A stretch of 60,000 nucleotides of DNA, taken from NCBI GenBank assembly GCA_044892525.1, contig CM097885.1, positions 46,006,001 through 46,066,000 of the forward strand, written 5' to 3'. The position numbers were made by a program, and so were the translations under genes. Positions within the stretch are counted from its first letter, which is position 1; each line of letters starts with the position of its first letter. The notes beneath the pieces are model-generated. The model ran no database searches and was not told the origin of the DNA. It saw only the letters and a list, made by a program, of their open reading frames with translations. Origin of the DNA: Schmidtea polychroa (lineage: Eukaryota). This document shows positions 27,306 to 37,071 of the stretch, in pieces.

Positions 27306-27462
27306 AGATAGATGCTATGCCATGGATAAAATTAAAGGGAGGATGGAAAATACTGTATGATGAGAGTCTAATAGAAAGTGCTCAGGAAAGCGTAGAAGAT
27401 AATATTAATGTAGAAATAGATGATACGGAGGAAACAGAAAAAATCTAGTAAATAAAACAACT

Positions 27463-30400
27463 ATGAAACCAAGTCAAAAAGAAAGAAAGTCGACAATGTC
27501 AATAGTAATTATAGTAATAACATTGTTATTAGATCTGATAAAAGGGAATAATGCGATCATAGCGTATGACTGTCAGAATCCTAAGTGGGGACAGAAATAT
27601 TCATTATTAGATGTAGAAAATTGCCCAGAGGCTAATCCAACAAAACTAATTGTTGCAGATCCAAAGATTTTTCACATATATCAAGAGTCTGACTTCATTC
27701 ACACTGAGGCAGGAGAGTGTATCGTTAAATATTCAGAGGAAAGTTTTGTATGTAATAAAATAGCGAGAACAATATTAACTCCAACATGGGCACCAGAAGC
27801 GATAATAATAGCACCAAGCGAATGTGAAAATGCATTTAAGACAAAAAAGATAAAAACGCCAGATGGATTTGAGTTAAATGCTCAGATAGGAGCACGAGTA
27901 AGGCAATTAGTAAATGTCGTTGGATGGTCATCAACAGGAGGATATTGTGAAGGAGGAACGTATAAAATATGGGGGCATGTAGCAGACAATATTGTAGTAA
28001 GACGACAATATTATATTGAATTAAGGAAATTCAAGGCGTCATTTGATAGTTCATCAAAGAAAATGATGACACATAAGTTCTGCACATTAGATGAGACAAG
28101 CTGTAATACAGGCGAGTCAATGATCATATACAAAGTAAACAAATATGAATGCCATCTAACTAAACTAAAGACACTGAAATTCAGAACAATACGAGGTAAA
28201 CAGTTCACGGATGTAGAATCCAAGAACATTAAAGACCAAAAACGACGAGCAACGATAATTCAAGAGAAAGATACACCAACGATATATATGTCAGATTCTG
28301 AAACAGAAGCGATGAGATTTGTGGGGAAAGGTGAAAGTATCAAATGCGGAAAAGCAGTTATACAAACAAATTATGAAGGAATTTATATCAGCGGAAGTGA
28401 AATTAAAGAGGCAAAATCGAAAATAGATAAATTCGATGTCAAGCTAGCGTCATATTTTAATAATAAAATCGATTACTTTTATCATCATCAGTTAGTACAA
28501 TTGGACAAAGTATATCAAGCAACTATTGCAAACGATTGTAAACTTAACAGAGAAATTTTAAGAACAAAGATGGCGGTTGCAGTCACAAACCCAGATTTGA
28601 TGGCACCAATTTTATTTGCAGAAAAAGGGACATTTGCAAGAGTCGTCGGTGAAGTGATACAAACATTTCAGTGCAAACCGGTTAGCGTATCTTTAGCAAC
28701 GAATAATAAGTGCACAAACGAACTGCCAGTAGTGTATAAAGGAGAAACTGTGTACCTCCAACCAATAACAAGGATATTAACAGATAAAGACTATGTTCCG
28801 AGAAAAATTGATAAATGTACTAATCTATTGGATCCATTATACAAAATAAATGATGATATGTGGATTACAATGTCAGATAGAAAAGAAGCGACTAAACCAC
28901 AAAAACTAGAACTAACCGAACTTGAGAAAAAGTTAGAATTTCAGGAAGTCAACGAAATGGATAACAATGGGATGTATACGAGAGAGGCGATAGAGAGCGC
29001 CAGAAAACATATGTTATTTCCTCATGAAAAAGAAAAAGTTCTTTCTATCATGGTAAACAAAATCATCGAAAATAGTTATGGAGGGAATTACAACTTTGAT
29101 GTATTATTATCAAAAGAGCACTTCAAGAAAGTTGTGTATAGAGTATTATACAGCATATGGGGATATTTTGCGATTCTCGGAAATACGTTTTCCACTATAT
29201 TGGGTATATATTATACAGTAGCATTATTGAAAATGATTTGCTCATCATTAGTTTCGTTAAGACAACTGAGACAAGTTTTTGGTAATTCATATAAAATGAT
29301 AGCATGTTTATGTCCATTCATAGCCAAATATTTGATCACTGCGAGGCACGATAAGGAAATCAAACGGATGAAAAGTCGAAGGGAAGAGGGTGAAATAATG
29401 ATCACCAATGAAAAAGAGGACGATACAAACAGATCAGAAAATATTGAGCAACCACATATTGGGTTATATGATAATCAAAGAGAACAATTGACAGAATTAA
29501 GAAATAATATTGAAATAAGAACCCCAGGTGAAAATGGTAATTGTCATGGTGTTCCAAGGAAAACTTATGGATGTTACGGGTTAGAACTTGACGATATATT
29601 AGAAGGGTTAAATGAAGCAAGGCCTAAATTACAAATAGTGATAAATGATACGATAATAAAGGCATTATGTGACACAGGAGCAGCAGCTTCTATGATTCGT
29701 GAAGATCAGTTAACCGGAAACCAAAAGAAAAATATTGTGAGCACAAGAGATAGAGTAATTTCATTATCATCACATTACATACCATTAAAAGGAGATATCG
29801 AATTAACAGTCCACTTTTCGGATCAAGTGGTTGAACATGTCTTCAAGGTAGTAGCAGAATGTAAATGCGTATGTGTCCTTGGGATGGACATACTCAAAAA
29901 GTTAAAAAACTGTGTAATCGATTTAACGGATAGTACAGTCAAACGGAAGGCAATATATCAAGACGCAAGATTTACTGAGGTAATTGCATTAGAGACATTT
30001 GAACTAGAGTATCAAAGTGATCATATAATTCCAGTAAAAGTTAATGTTAAAAGTGAGGACACTTTCATTTTCGAGCCTGAAACGGCAATATCACGAAATC
30101 ATAACGTAATGTTAACAGACGAGTGTGTAATTCCAAATAATGGGATAATTCCAATAAGAATCGCGAATTACGAAAGAAATAAAGTAAAAATTCATAAAGG
30201 TACAAAATTGGGAAAGTTGTTCAAAGGTGAATTAGAGCAAACATTTGAAGTATGTGAGATGTCGATGACGAAGGATGTCAGTGAAAGAATGGTCGAACAG
30301 AGTAGAGCGAATAATATCAAATTTTATGATAAAATTAAAATAAATAATAATTATCTAAATGAAACACAACAACTACAACTACAAATATTACTTGACGAAT

Positions 30401-33400
30401 ACAGTGATGTTTTTGCAAAACACGAATTTGATTTAGGAGATACTGACATTATCAAACATGTAATCGATACAGGGAATGCTAGACCAATAAAACAGAGACC
30501 CTATAGTGTACCATATAAACTGAGGGAGGAAATAAAACGACAAATTAAAGAATTAAAAGAGGCAGGCGTAATAAAACAAAGTTTTTCACAATGGGCATCA
30601 CCTATCGTACCAGTTAGAAAGAAAGACGGGGAAATTCGAATGTGCATTGATTATCGTAAATTAAATGATGTAACAGTAAAAGACTCATACCCATTCCCAA
30701 AAGCACAAGAACAATATGATAAACTTAGAGATACTAAATATTTCACAGTAATAGATGCAAATAAAGGCTACATGCAAATTCAAATGGAAGAGGGGGATGC
30801 GGAAAAGACAGCTTTTGTGATAGAAGACGGTTTATATGAATATACAAGATTACCTTTTGGGTTAACTAATGCGCCAGCAACATTTCAACGTTTAATGAAT
30901 ACAGTATTAGTAGACGTACAACATTGCGCAGTATATATGGATGATATATTAATTTCATCAAAAACATTTGAGGAACATCTAAAAGATATAGCTAACGTAC
31001 TAGAAAGATTAAGAAAAGCAAAAATCAAAATAAAACCCACTAAGTGTAAATGGGCAGAACCTTCAGCATTATTCTTAGGACATATAGTTACAGTAGATGG
31101 TATAATACCTAATCCCGATAAAATTGAAGTAGTTAAAAAATTCCCAGTTCCAAAAACATTACAACAAGTACAGGGATTTTTAGGTCTCACAGGATATTAT
31201 CGTAAATTCATACAAGATTATGCAAAAATAGCAGCACCACTAATTGAATTAACAAAAGGAGTCAAAACAAAGGGAGAGAGTAAAGGAGTGTTAATAGTGC
31301 AGGAAATTAACGATAAAATTAACAAGCCACAAAAGAAATGGAAAGATGAACATCAAAAAGCTTTTGATCAACTAAAAGAAAAATTAATAACAGCACCGAT
31401 ACTAAGATACCCAGACTTTAAAAAACAGTTTATTGTCATGACAGACGCCAGCGGGAAGGCCGTAGGGGCAGTCTTAGGACAAGAAGAGGAAAAGGGTAAA
31501 GATTATGTAATAGCTTATGCAAGCAAAACATTAAAAGGAGCACAGATTAGGTACTCAACAATTGAGAAAGAATGTTATGCTATAGTTTTTGCATTAAAAC
31601 AATTTAAACCATACATATATGGAACTGAAGTAGTAATTAGAACAGACCATAAGCCATTAGAAGGGTTATGGAAACATAAAGACACATCCAGTAGACTGTT
31701 AAAATGGGCAATGAAAATACAAGACATGCACATAAAGATTGCATATAAACCAGGTAGAATAAACAGGAATGCAGATGCATTATCACGAATTCCAGAGTTA
31801 GGAGCACTAGAAGTTTTTGCATTAGTAACCGAAAAGCCAATAGAAATATATGAGGAACAAATGAAAGATCCAGAACTCTTCAAGATAAGAGAAGAAATAA
31901 AAAAGGGAACTAACCAAAAGTATAAAATCTGTAAGAAGTTAATTGTTATTGAGGATTTTAGCGGTAAACAATTAATAGTAGTACCACAAAGATTAAGACA
32001 AATTCTTCTGTTACAATACCACGATGGTGCTTTAGGAGGTCATTTATCAAGTAGGAAAACAGCAAGCAGATTGATGCAAAAATATTATTGGGATGATTTG
32101 AAAAAGGATGTCAAGAGATGGTGTAATGCATGCACAATATGCGCAACTAGAAAAAATACAGGAACAAAAACTAAAGCACCTTTACATCCAATCCCAGCTA
32201 CAACATCACCAATGGAATTGTGCGCAATGGATTTTTTGTGTAAACTACCCACAACAATTAAGGGGAATAAGCACATACTAGTTTTTAGCGATTATTTTAC
32301 AAAATGGGCAGAGGCATTTCCTACAAAAGATGAAACAGCAGAAACAGTAGCTAAATTACTTGTGGAAAAAATAATCTTTAAAATCGGTACACCGAGAAAA
32401 TTACTAACAGATAAAGGGAAAAATTTCATGAGTGAAACTATAAAAAGAGTAGCTAACATATTTAACATGCATAAAATCAACACAACAGCATACCACCCTC
32501 AGACCGATGGTTTAGTAGAGAGATTCAATGGGACATTGCTAAGTAGATTAGCTGTGTTTGTGGGAAAAAACCAAAATGATTGGGATGAATACGTTAATCA
32601 ATGTACATACATCCATAATATCACACCAAATGAGACAACGGGATATTCACCATATTTTCTAATGTTCTTAAGAGAGCCGGCGACACCGATTGATACAATT
32701 TTTGAGCCTCGAGTATCACAATATTTAGATGCGCCAGATTATGTAACATTAATGCAAGAGAGATTACAAGAGGTATACAAGGTTGCAAATTTAAAAGTTA
32801 AATTCAGACAAGAACAATATAAAGCAGATTACGATAAAAATAGCAAACCTCATAATTTTAAAGTGGGAGATAAGGTTAGACTTATGTCTCCACAAGTAGG
32901 AAAAGGCAAAACAACTAAATTAGCAAGACCATTTAAAGGACCATACGAGGTAGTAAAAGTAATACATGAAAACCTGCATTTACAAAAACATAAAAATGAG
33001 GATCCTATAATAGTACATGTTAACAGATGCAAATTAGCAGAAACAGAGTTAGTAGAAAAACCACCTCACAAATATGGATTACGATCGCAAAAAGCACTGA
33101 TGATGGCAGCGACATTTTTAACAATTATAGGGTTGTGTAAATCAACTGAAGTGGAAAACGAAAACATACACTCAGTAGAATACATGGCTGAAGATATTTT
33201 AATCAACATTTCACCATATAAAATTAGAGTATATAACTTAAATAAATCACCAATAAGAGACTTGTATCTGGAAACTAGGGATAATATACCCAAACTTATG
33301 AAAAAAATTGAAAATAGATCAACTAATGAATTTGAGAGAGGGGATAATGTTGAATTCGGAAATCTACAACCCAACACTAATTACACACTTTGTGCACAAT

Positions 33401-33930
33401 GGAATACATTAGTTGACACATCACAGATAAGGTGCAAAAGACTAAAAACTACTAAAATAAATAGACTTAGAATAAGAAAACCAAAAGGAAAGAAGATATC
33501 AACAACCAGAAAAACAACTACTATAAATTCAACACCCACACATCCTATATCACAAACGATAACGAATATATATAGGAAAACGACATTTAAAGCGGTTAGA
33601 CAAATATATAAAAAATTAATAATGAAAAATCCAAGACAGTCTGATAGGAAACTGATAAAATTACCTACAGGAAAACCGATAGTTATAAATAACTGGAATG
33701 AATTACAAGTATTTCAAAAGAAAGCAAGCAAACCACAATGGCCTTTTTATATAATAGCTACAAGTGTAGTATCATTCGCGATTTTAGCAATTGTCACTAG
33801 TGTACAAGTTTATAAAAAGTACAAGTGGAAAAGGCAGCGGTATCGGCACCGACTGGTCAAAGAAGCACCAGGGCATTTTCACTTGGACAAATATATCCCT
33901 GGACAATATACTCTGTCCACACTGGTATAA
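27463..33930 (+). CDS. pol: Env-Pol polyprotein: signal peptide, viral glycoprotein, TM, protease, RT, RNase H, integrase, C-terminal type I membrane protein
   Basis: Uninterrupted 2155 aa. Hydrophobic leader then IIAYDC and Cys-rich ectodomain; TM ~29130-29260; ALCDTGA (29671); YMDD (30934); TDASG (31441); HHCC, DDE and GPY integrase; second leader ~33091-33141; TM ~33739-33813. Confidence 0.95.
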   Translation: MKPSQKERKSTMSIVIIVITLLLDLIKGNNAIIAYDCQNPKWGQKYSLLDVENCPEANPTKLIVADPKIFHIYQESDFIHTEAGECIVKYSEESFVCNKIARTILTPTWAPEAIIIAPSECENAFKTKKIKTPDGFELNAQIGARVRQLVNVVGWSSTGGYCEGGTYKIWGHVADNIVVRRQYYIELRKFKASFDSSSKKMMTHKFCTLDETSCNTGESMIIYKVNKYECHLTKLKTLKFRTIRGKQFTDVESKNIKDQKRRATIIQEKDTPTIYMSDSETEAMRFVGKGESIKCGKAVIQTNYEGIYISGSEIKEAKSKIDKFDVKLASYFNNKIDYFYHHQLVQLDKVYQATIANDCKLNREILRTKMAVAVTNPDLMAPILFAEKGTFARVVGEVIQTFQCKPVSVSLATNNKCTNELPVVYKGETVYLQPITRILTDKDYVPRKIDKCTNLLDPLYKINDDMWITMSDRKEATKPQKLELTELEKKLEFQEVNEMDNNGMYTREAIESARKHMLFPHEKEKVLSIMVNKIIENSYGGNYNFDVLLSKEHFKKVVYRVLYSIWGYFAILGNTFSTILGIYYTVALLKMICSSLVSLRQLRQVFGNSYKMIACLCPFIAKYLITARHDKEIKRMKSRREEGEIMITNEKEDDTNRSENIEQPHIGLYDNQREQLTELRNNIEIRTPGENGNCHGVPRKTYGCYGLELDDILEGLNEARPKLQIVINDTIIKALCDTGAAASMIREDQLTGNQKKNIVSTRDRVISLSSHYIPLKGDIELTVHFSDQVVEHVFKVVAECKCVCVLGMDILKKLKNCVIDLTDSTVKRKAIYQDARFTEVIALETFELEYQSDHIIPVKVNVKSEDTFIFEPETAISRNHNVMLTDECVIPNNGIIPIRIANYERNKVKIHKGTKLGKLFKGELEQTFEVCEMSMTKDVSERMVEQSRANNIKFYDKIKINNNYLNETQQLQLQILLDEYSDVFAKHEFDLGDTDIIKHVIDTGNARPIKQRPYSVPYKLREEIKRQIKELKEAGVIKQSFSQWASPIVPVRKKDGEIRMCIDYRKLNDVTVKDSYPFPKAQEQYDKLRDTKYFTVIDANKGYMQIQMEEGDAEKTAFVIEDGLYEYTRLPFGLTNAPATFQRLMNTVLVDVQHCAVYMDDILISSKTFEEHLKDIANVLERLRKAKIKIKPTKCKWAEPSALFLGHIVTVDGIIPNPDKIEVVKKFPVPKTLQQVQGFLGLTGYYRKFIQDYAKIAAPLIELTKGVKTKGESKGVLIVQEINDKINKPQKKWKDEHQKAFDQLKEKLITAPILRYPDFKKQFIVMTDASGKAVGAVLGQEEEKGKDYVIAYASKTLKGAQIRYSTIEKECYAIVFALKQFKPYIYGTEVVIRTDHKPLEGLWKHKDTSSRLLKWAMKIQDMHIKIAYKPGRINRNADALSRIPELGALEVFALVTEKPIEIYEEQMKDPELFKIREEIKKGTNQKYKICKKLIVIEDFSGKQLIVVPQRLRQILLLQYHDGALGGHLSSRKTASRLMQKYYWDDLKKDVKRWCNACTICATRKNTGTKTKAPLHPIPATTSPMELCAMDFLCKLPTTIKGNKHILVFSDYFTKWAEAFPTKDETAETVAKLLVEKIIFKIGTPRKLLTDKGKNFMSETIKRVANIFNMHKINTTAYHPQTDGLVERFNGTLLSRLAVFVGKNQNDWDEYVNQCTYIHNITPNETTGYSPYFLMFLREPATPIDTIFEPRVSQYLDAPDYVTLMQERLQEVYKVANLKVKFRQEQYKADYDKNSKPHNFKVGDKVRLMSPQVGKGKTTKLARPFKGPYEVVKVIHENLHLQKHKNEDPIIVHVNRCKLAETELVEKPPHKYGLRSQKALMMAATFLTIIGLCKSTEVENENIHSVEYMAEDILINISPYKIRVYNLNKSPIRDLYLETRDNIPKLMKKIENRSTNEFERGDNVEFGNLQPNTNYTLCAQWNTLVDTSQIRCKRLKTTKINRLRIRKPKGKKISTTRKTTTINSTPTHPISQTITNIYRKTTFKAVRQIYKKLIMKNPRQSDRKLIKLPTGKPIVINNWNELQVFQKKASKPQWPFYIIATSVVSFAILAIVTSVQVYKKYKWKRQRYRHRLVKEAPGHFHLDKYIPGQYTLSTLV

Positions 33931-36121
33931 TAACTTAAAAAATTTTAATTACATAAATTGGTCAATGATATATAATAAAAGTATATATATTAATATTTAT
34001 ATAACTGCGTATAAGGTTAAACCTCAAATGCGCAACAAGCATAAATATTTATTATTTGTTTTTAGAATAGTAATAAGAAGTTTATCGAATCAATTCAGTC
34101 AAATCAATCCCCAAATAAATCAGTCTAATCAAATCGATCCTCCAATAACCCAAAATCAAATCAGCCAATCTAATCAATCCAATCGTCTTCATTCAAACAA
34201 ATCAATGCACCCACATACGTCAGTTCACATGCATTCTCAAAGAGCAAAACCTCAGCGAAATCCTGAAACTCAGAAAATAAGGCAATACGTGCCGATGTTA
34301 CAGAAACACTACCACAGTTTCTATAAAAACCTGCAAAATAAGATCAGTACAGATGGTACTCCCATTACTATTAGAAGTTTCCCCAACCAAGTATGCATTC
34401 CTAATGATATGAAAATTGAGATAGAAGAAAGGGAATTGCATCTCATCAAATTCAACGAAGCAAGAAGAGTCAAATTAAGAGAATTAATCGGAGCGTATGA
34501 CAAATTCCCCAATGCAGAGGAGGCTGCAAGAGCTGGAAAGAAAGTGCCCCATAGAATTTTATTTCACATCACAAAAACAGAGGTAGCAATATGCCAACAA
34601 AGGATACCATTAATCACCACGAGCAATTGCACCATAACAATAAAAACTACAAAAAATGATCGGAGTGTCCCAAACGACTACAATGAATTGATAGTCCAAA
34701 TGAACAGCCTACCCTGTGTCATAGCGATCGAAATATTATACATACCCACGATCCCAAATCCATTTCAGCAGTTGGAACTCATTAAATCAAACATTTATAT
34801 GCATGGAGATTTCATCAGAAGAAAAATGTCATTTACCCACAAAGAATTATCCACGGCGGAGAGACATCATCTGATAATGTTTGTAGATGCAAAATTAGTA
34901 TGCGACATCAACAATAACTTAAGGCCAGTAGAGGTCAGCATACGGAATTTTAAGGGTGTAACAATATTTGATGAGAAAATCACACCTAGAACGAAAATCC
35001 TACATTATTATCCAGAGAAGACAAAGGCCAACAAGGAAAATATCATCGGGAATAAAGATGAATACGAAGCACTGGTCGAAATCCAACAGTTACTTTGCGG
35101 AAAAATAGTCGTAGGATTCGACATCATTCGAAAACTCAAAGCTCTCACATTAGATCTCTATAATGTTATGGGAGTTAGAGAAATGTCGGAAGATATATTT
35201 ATGTGCTCGTACGTCAAAAACGTTGCGCCACACAAGATAAAATTGTCCAACCTGGCATACCAGGTAATCAGACATCACAAAAGGTGGGACAAAGATAAAC
35301 GCATAAATAGAATGCTGCGTGAACCCGAACCATTTCCAGCATGGCAAACCACGATGATCGTCAAAGTGATATATGCAATTGTAGAAAATCAATGGGAAGA
35401 AGTTGTTAAATGGGACTCAGAAGCCTTCAGTGAACAACAAATAAAAGATCAGTTATATCCCATTAAAGAAAGTAGTCTGGAGGATATGTCGGGCGATGAA
35501 GAAGATATTTATATAGAACCATCGCAAATCGAATTGAAATTTAATAAAGACGGGACACGCAGGACTTTCGAAAATGAATTAATGGAAAGCGATGACGACG
35601 TAATATTCATCGAAGAGGAGAAAATACGAATACCTGAAGCAACAGTCAAACTGGAATTACAGGAACCAAAATTCCATCCAGGAAAACTAATGGAATGCGA
35701 CCTCGACTCTGGTGAGGAATACTTCTCAATCAACGAGCAAGAGGAGGAAAATATGGATATAGACGAATTGGGACCGGAACCAGATATCGCAATCGAGGAG
35801 GAACCCAATTTTATCATACCCAAGGAGAAGCAGCAGATTACAGAAAAGGAATTGACCCGACATTTTGGAAGGCGTATAAATGATGGCGACACATTAAATC
35901 TCGCATTGGCAAAAGGGTTCAACAAAACGAGGATGCTGATAAGAGACAGCGAAATCGAGCTGGTACGCAGTATAAGAGATAATGCGGACATTATCTTAAC
36001 GGCCCAGGGAGGAATGTTAGATGATGAGGGTAGGCCCATCACTACATTCATTTTAGATAAATATTATAGAATAGGGCCAGGCAAGTACAGGGTTAACGTG
36101 TACGCCGAAGAACGCCAATAA
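33791..36121 (+). CDS. ORF3: accessory protein with DEDDh (REX4/ISG20-like) exonuclease fold and acidic tail; true start uncertain
   Basis: MFVDAKLV...VEVSIRNFKGVTIFDEKITP...IQQLLCGKIVVGFDIIRKLKAL...KLSNLA follows the REX4/ISG20 pattern; ends inside the 3' LTR. Confidence 0.8.
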   Translation: MSLVYKFIKSTSGKGSGIGTDWSKKHQGIFTWTNISLDNILCPHWYNNLKNFNYINWSMIYNKSIYINIYITAYKVKPQMRNKHKYLLFVFRIVIRSLSNQFSQINPQINQSNQIDPPITQNQISQSNQSNRLHSNKSMHPHTSVHMHSQRAKPQRNPETQKIRQYVPMLQKHYHSFYKNLQNKISTDGTPITIRSFPNQVCIPNDMKIEIEERELHLIKFNEARRVKLRELIGAYDKFPNAEEAARAGKKVPHRILFHITKTEVAICQQRIPLITTSNCTITIKTTKNDRSVPNDYNELIVQMNSLPCVIAIEILYIPTIPNPFQQLELIKSNIYMHGDFIRRKMSFTHKELSTAERHHLIMFVDAKLVCDINNNLRPVEVSIRNFKGVTIFDEKITPRTKILHYYPEKTKANKENIIGNKDEYEALVEIQQLLCGKIVVGFDIIRKLKALTLDLYNVMGVREMSEDIFMCSYVKNVAPHKIKLSNLAYQVIRHHKRWDKDKRINRMLREPEPFPAWQTTMIVKVIYAIVENQWEEVVKWDSEAFSEQQIKDQLYPIKESSLEDMSGDEEDIYIEPSQIELKFNKDGTRRTFENELMESDDDVIFIEEEKIRIPEATVKLELQEPKFHPGKLMECDLDSGEEYFSINEQEEENMDIDELGPEPDIAIEEEPNFIIPKEKQQITEKELTRHFGRRINDGDTLNLALAKGFNKTRMLIRDSEIELVRSIRDNADIILTAQGGMLDDEGRPITTFILDKYYRIGPGKYRVNVYAEERQ
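36006..36014 (+). promoter_or_regulatory. Polypurine tract
   Basis: AGGGAGGAA immediately 5' of the 3' LTR. Confidence 0.8.
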
Positions 36122-37067
36122 ACAAAGTTTTCTCGTTGATATCCATCTATGCAATCCAGATCGGCAACCAAACAATCCAATTTCCCAAACAAAAGCCAAT
36201 GATTGAACAATAACTTTCATCGATATTCATTTGTGTGTTCAAAACTTTATAATAATTTATTTTTATTTCATTTGTGTGAATAGCTATGTATTCAAAACTT
36301 TATAATGATTTATTTTATTGAATTGTAAATAATTTTAATACCATTTGTGAACTTTATCAAACTTTGATTTTTATTGAACTTGCATATTCCAAATTTGTAT
36401 TGTGAATTTTTATTTTTATGTTCTCAGTGTATTTCTAATTTTATCATAAACACAAATAAAAATAATGGGTATTTTAAAAATAATGGGTATTTAAAAGAAA
36501 TTAATTTAATAATTTAAAATAGAATTGAACAACTTACCATTAAGAATAATTCCAATAGACAGCAATAGAATTAAAAGTAAACATTTATAATCGATTTCAA
36601 TGGAATCAAAAATAAACATTTATATAAAATCAATGTTAATGGAATTAAAAAATAAACATTTATATTAGAAAAATAAAACCGATTTAAATGAAAGTAAAAA
36701 TAAACATTTATATTATAGAAAAAATAAAATAAATATTTATTGAATATTAGACATATGGAAAAATTTAGTATATAAGCGATCCTTAAAATCAGTTTATTCG
36801 CCCAAAAATTTCAGCGAAAAACTCTTATTCAAAGGTTAATCCTTAGAATAGCTCAATACCCGAATCAGCACAAAAAGATTCACATATAGACTAAACATAC
36901 TAAGCATTTCAGAAAAAGATATTGAAAAAGAATTGTCAAAGCATTGCAAATTTTTTATATTTGGTAATTGTTGATTATAATAAATCTTAATACATATATT
37001 TGTCTTTGTTTTGATATATATATAGGAACCAGTAAGTTGAGTGTTCCCGAATATCGAGACCTCAACA
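36015..37067 (+). repeat. 3' LTR (1053 bp)
   Basis: Matches the 5' LTR; one mismatch seen (A24361 vs T36840). Confidence 0.97.
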
Positions 37068-37071
37068 CACA

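Larger units (their letters stand above)
23536..37067 (+). mobile_element. Full-length Ty3/gypsy LTR retroelement with envelope glycoprotein (13.5 kb)
   Basis: TG...CA LTRs, TSD CACA (23532-23535, 37068-37071), PBS, PPT, gag and PR-RT-RH-IN order. Confidence 0.97.

Noticed and set aside
29980..30230. dUTPase-like segment between PR and RT
   Set aside because: Resembles the degenerate spacer common in gypsy Pol; catalytic dUTPase motifs not seen.
33791..34200. N-terminal 137 codons of ORF3 as annotated
   Set aside because: TTG start overlapping ORF2 and low-complexity sequence; the real start is probably downstream or spliced.
25449..36051. Many short minus-strand ORFs within the retroelement
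   Set aside because: Antisense shadows of the long A-rich coding frames; no motifs.
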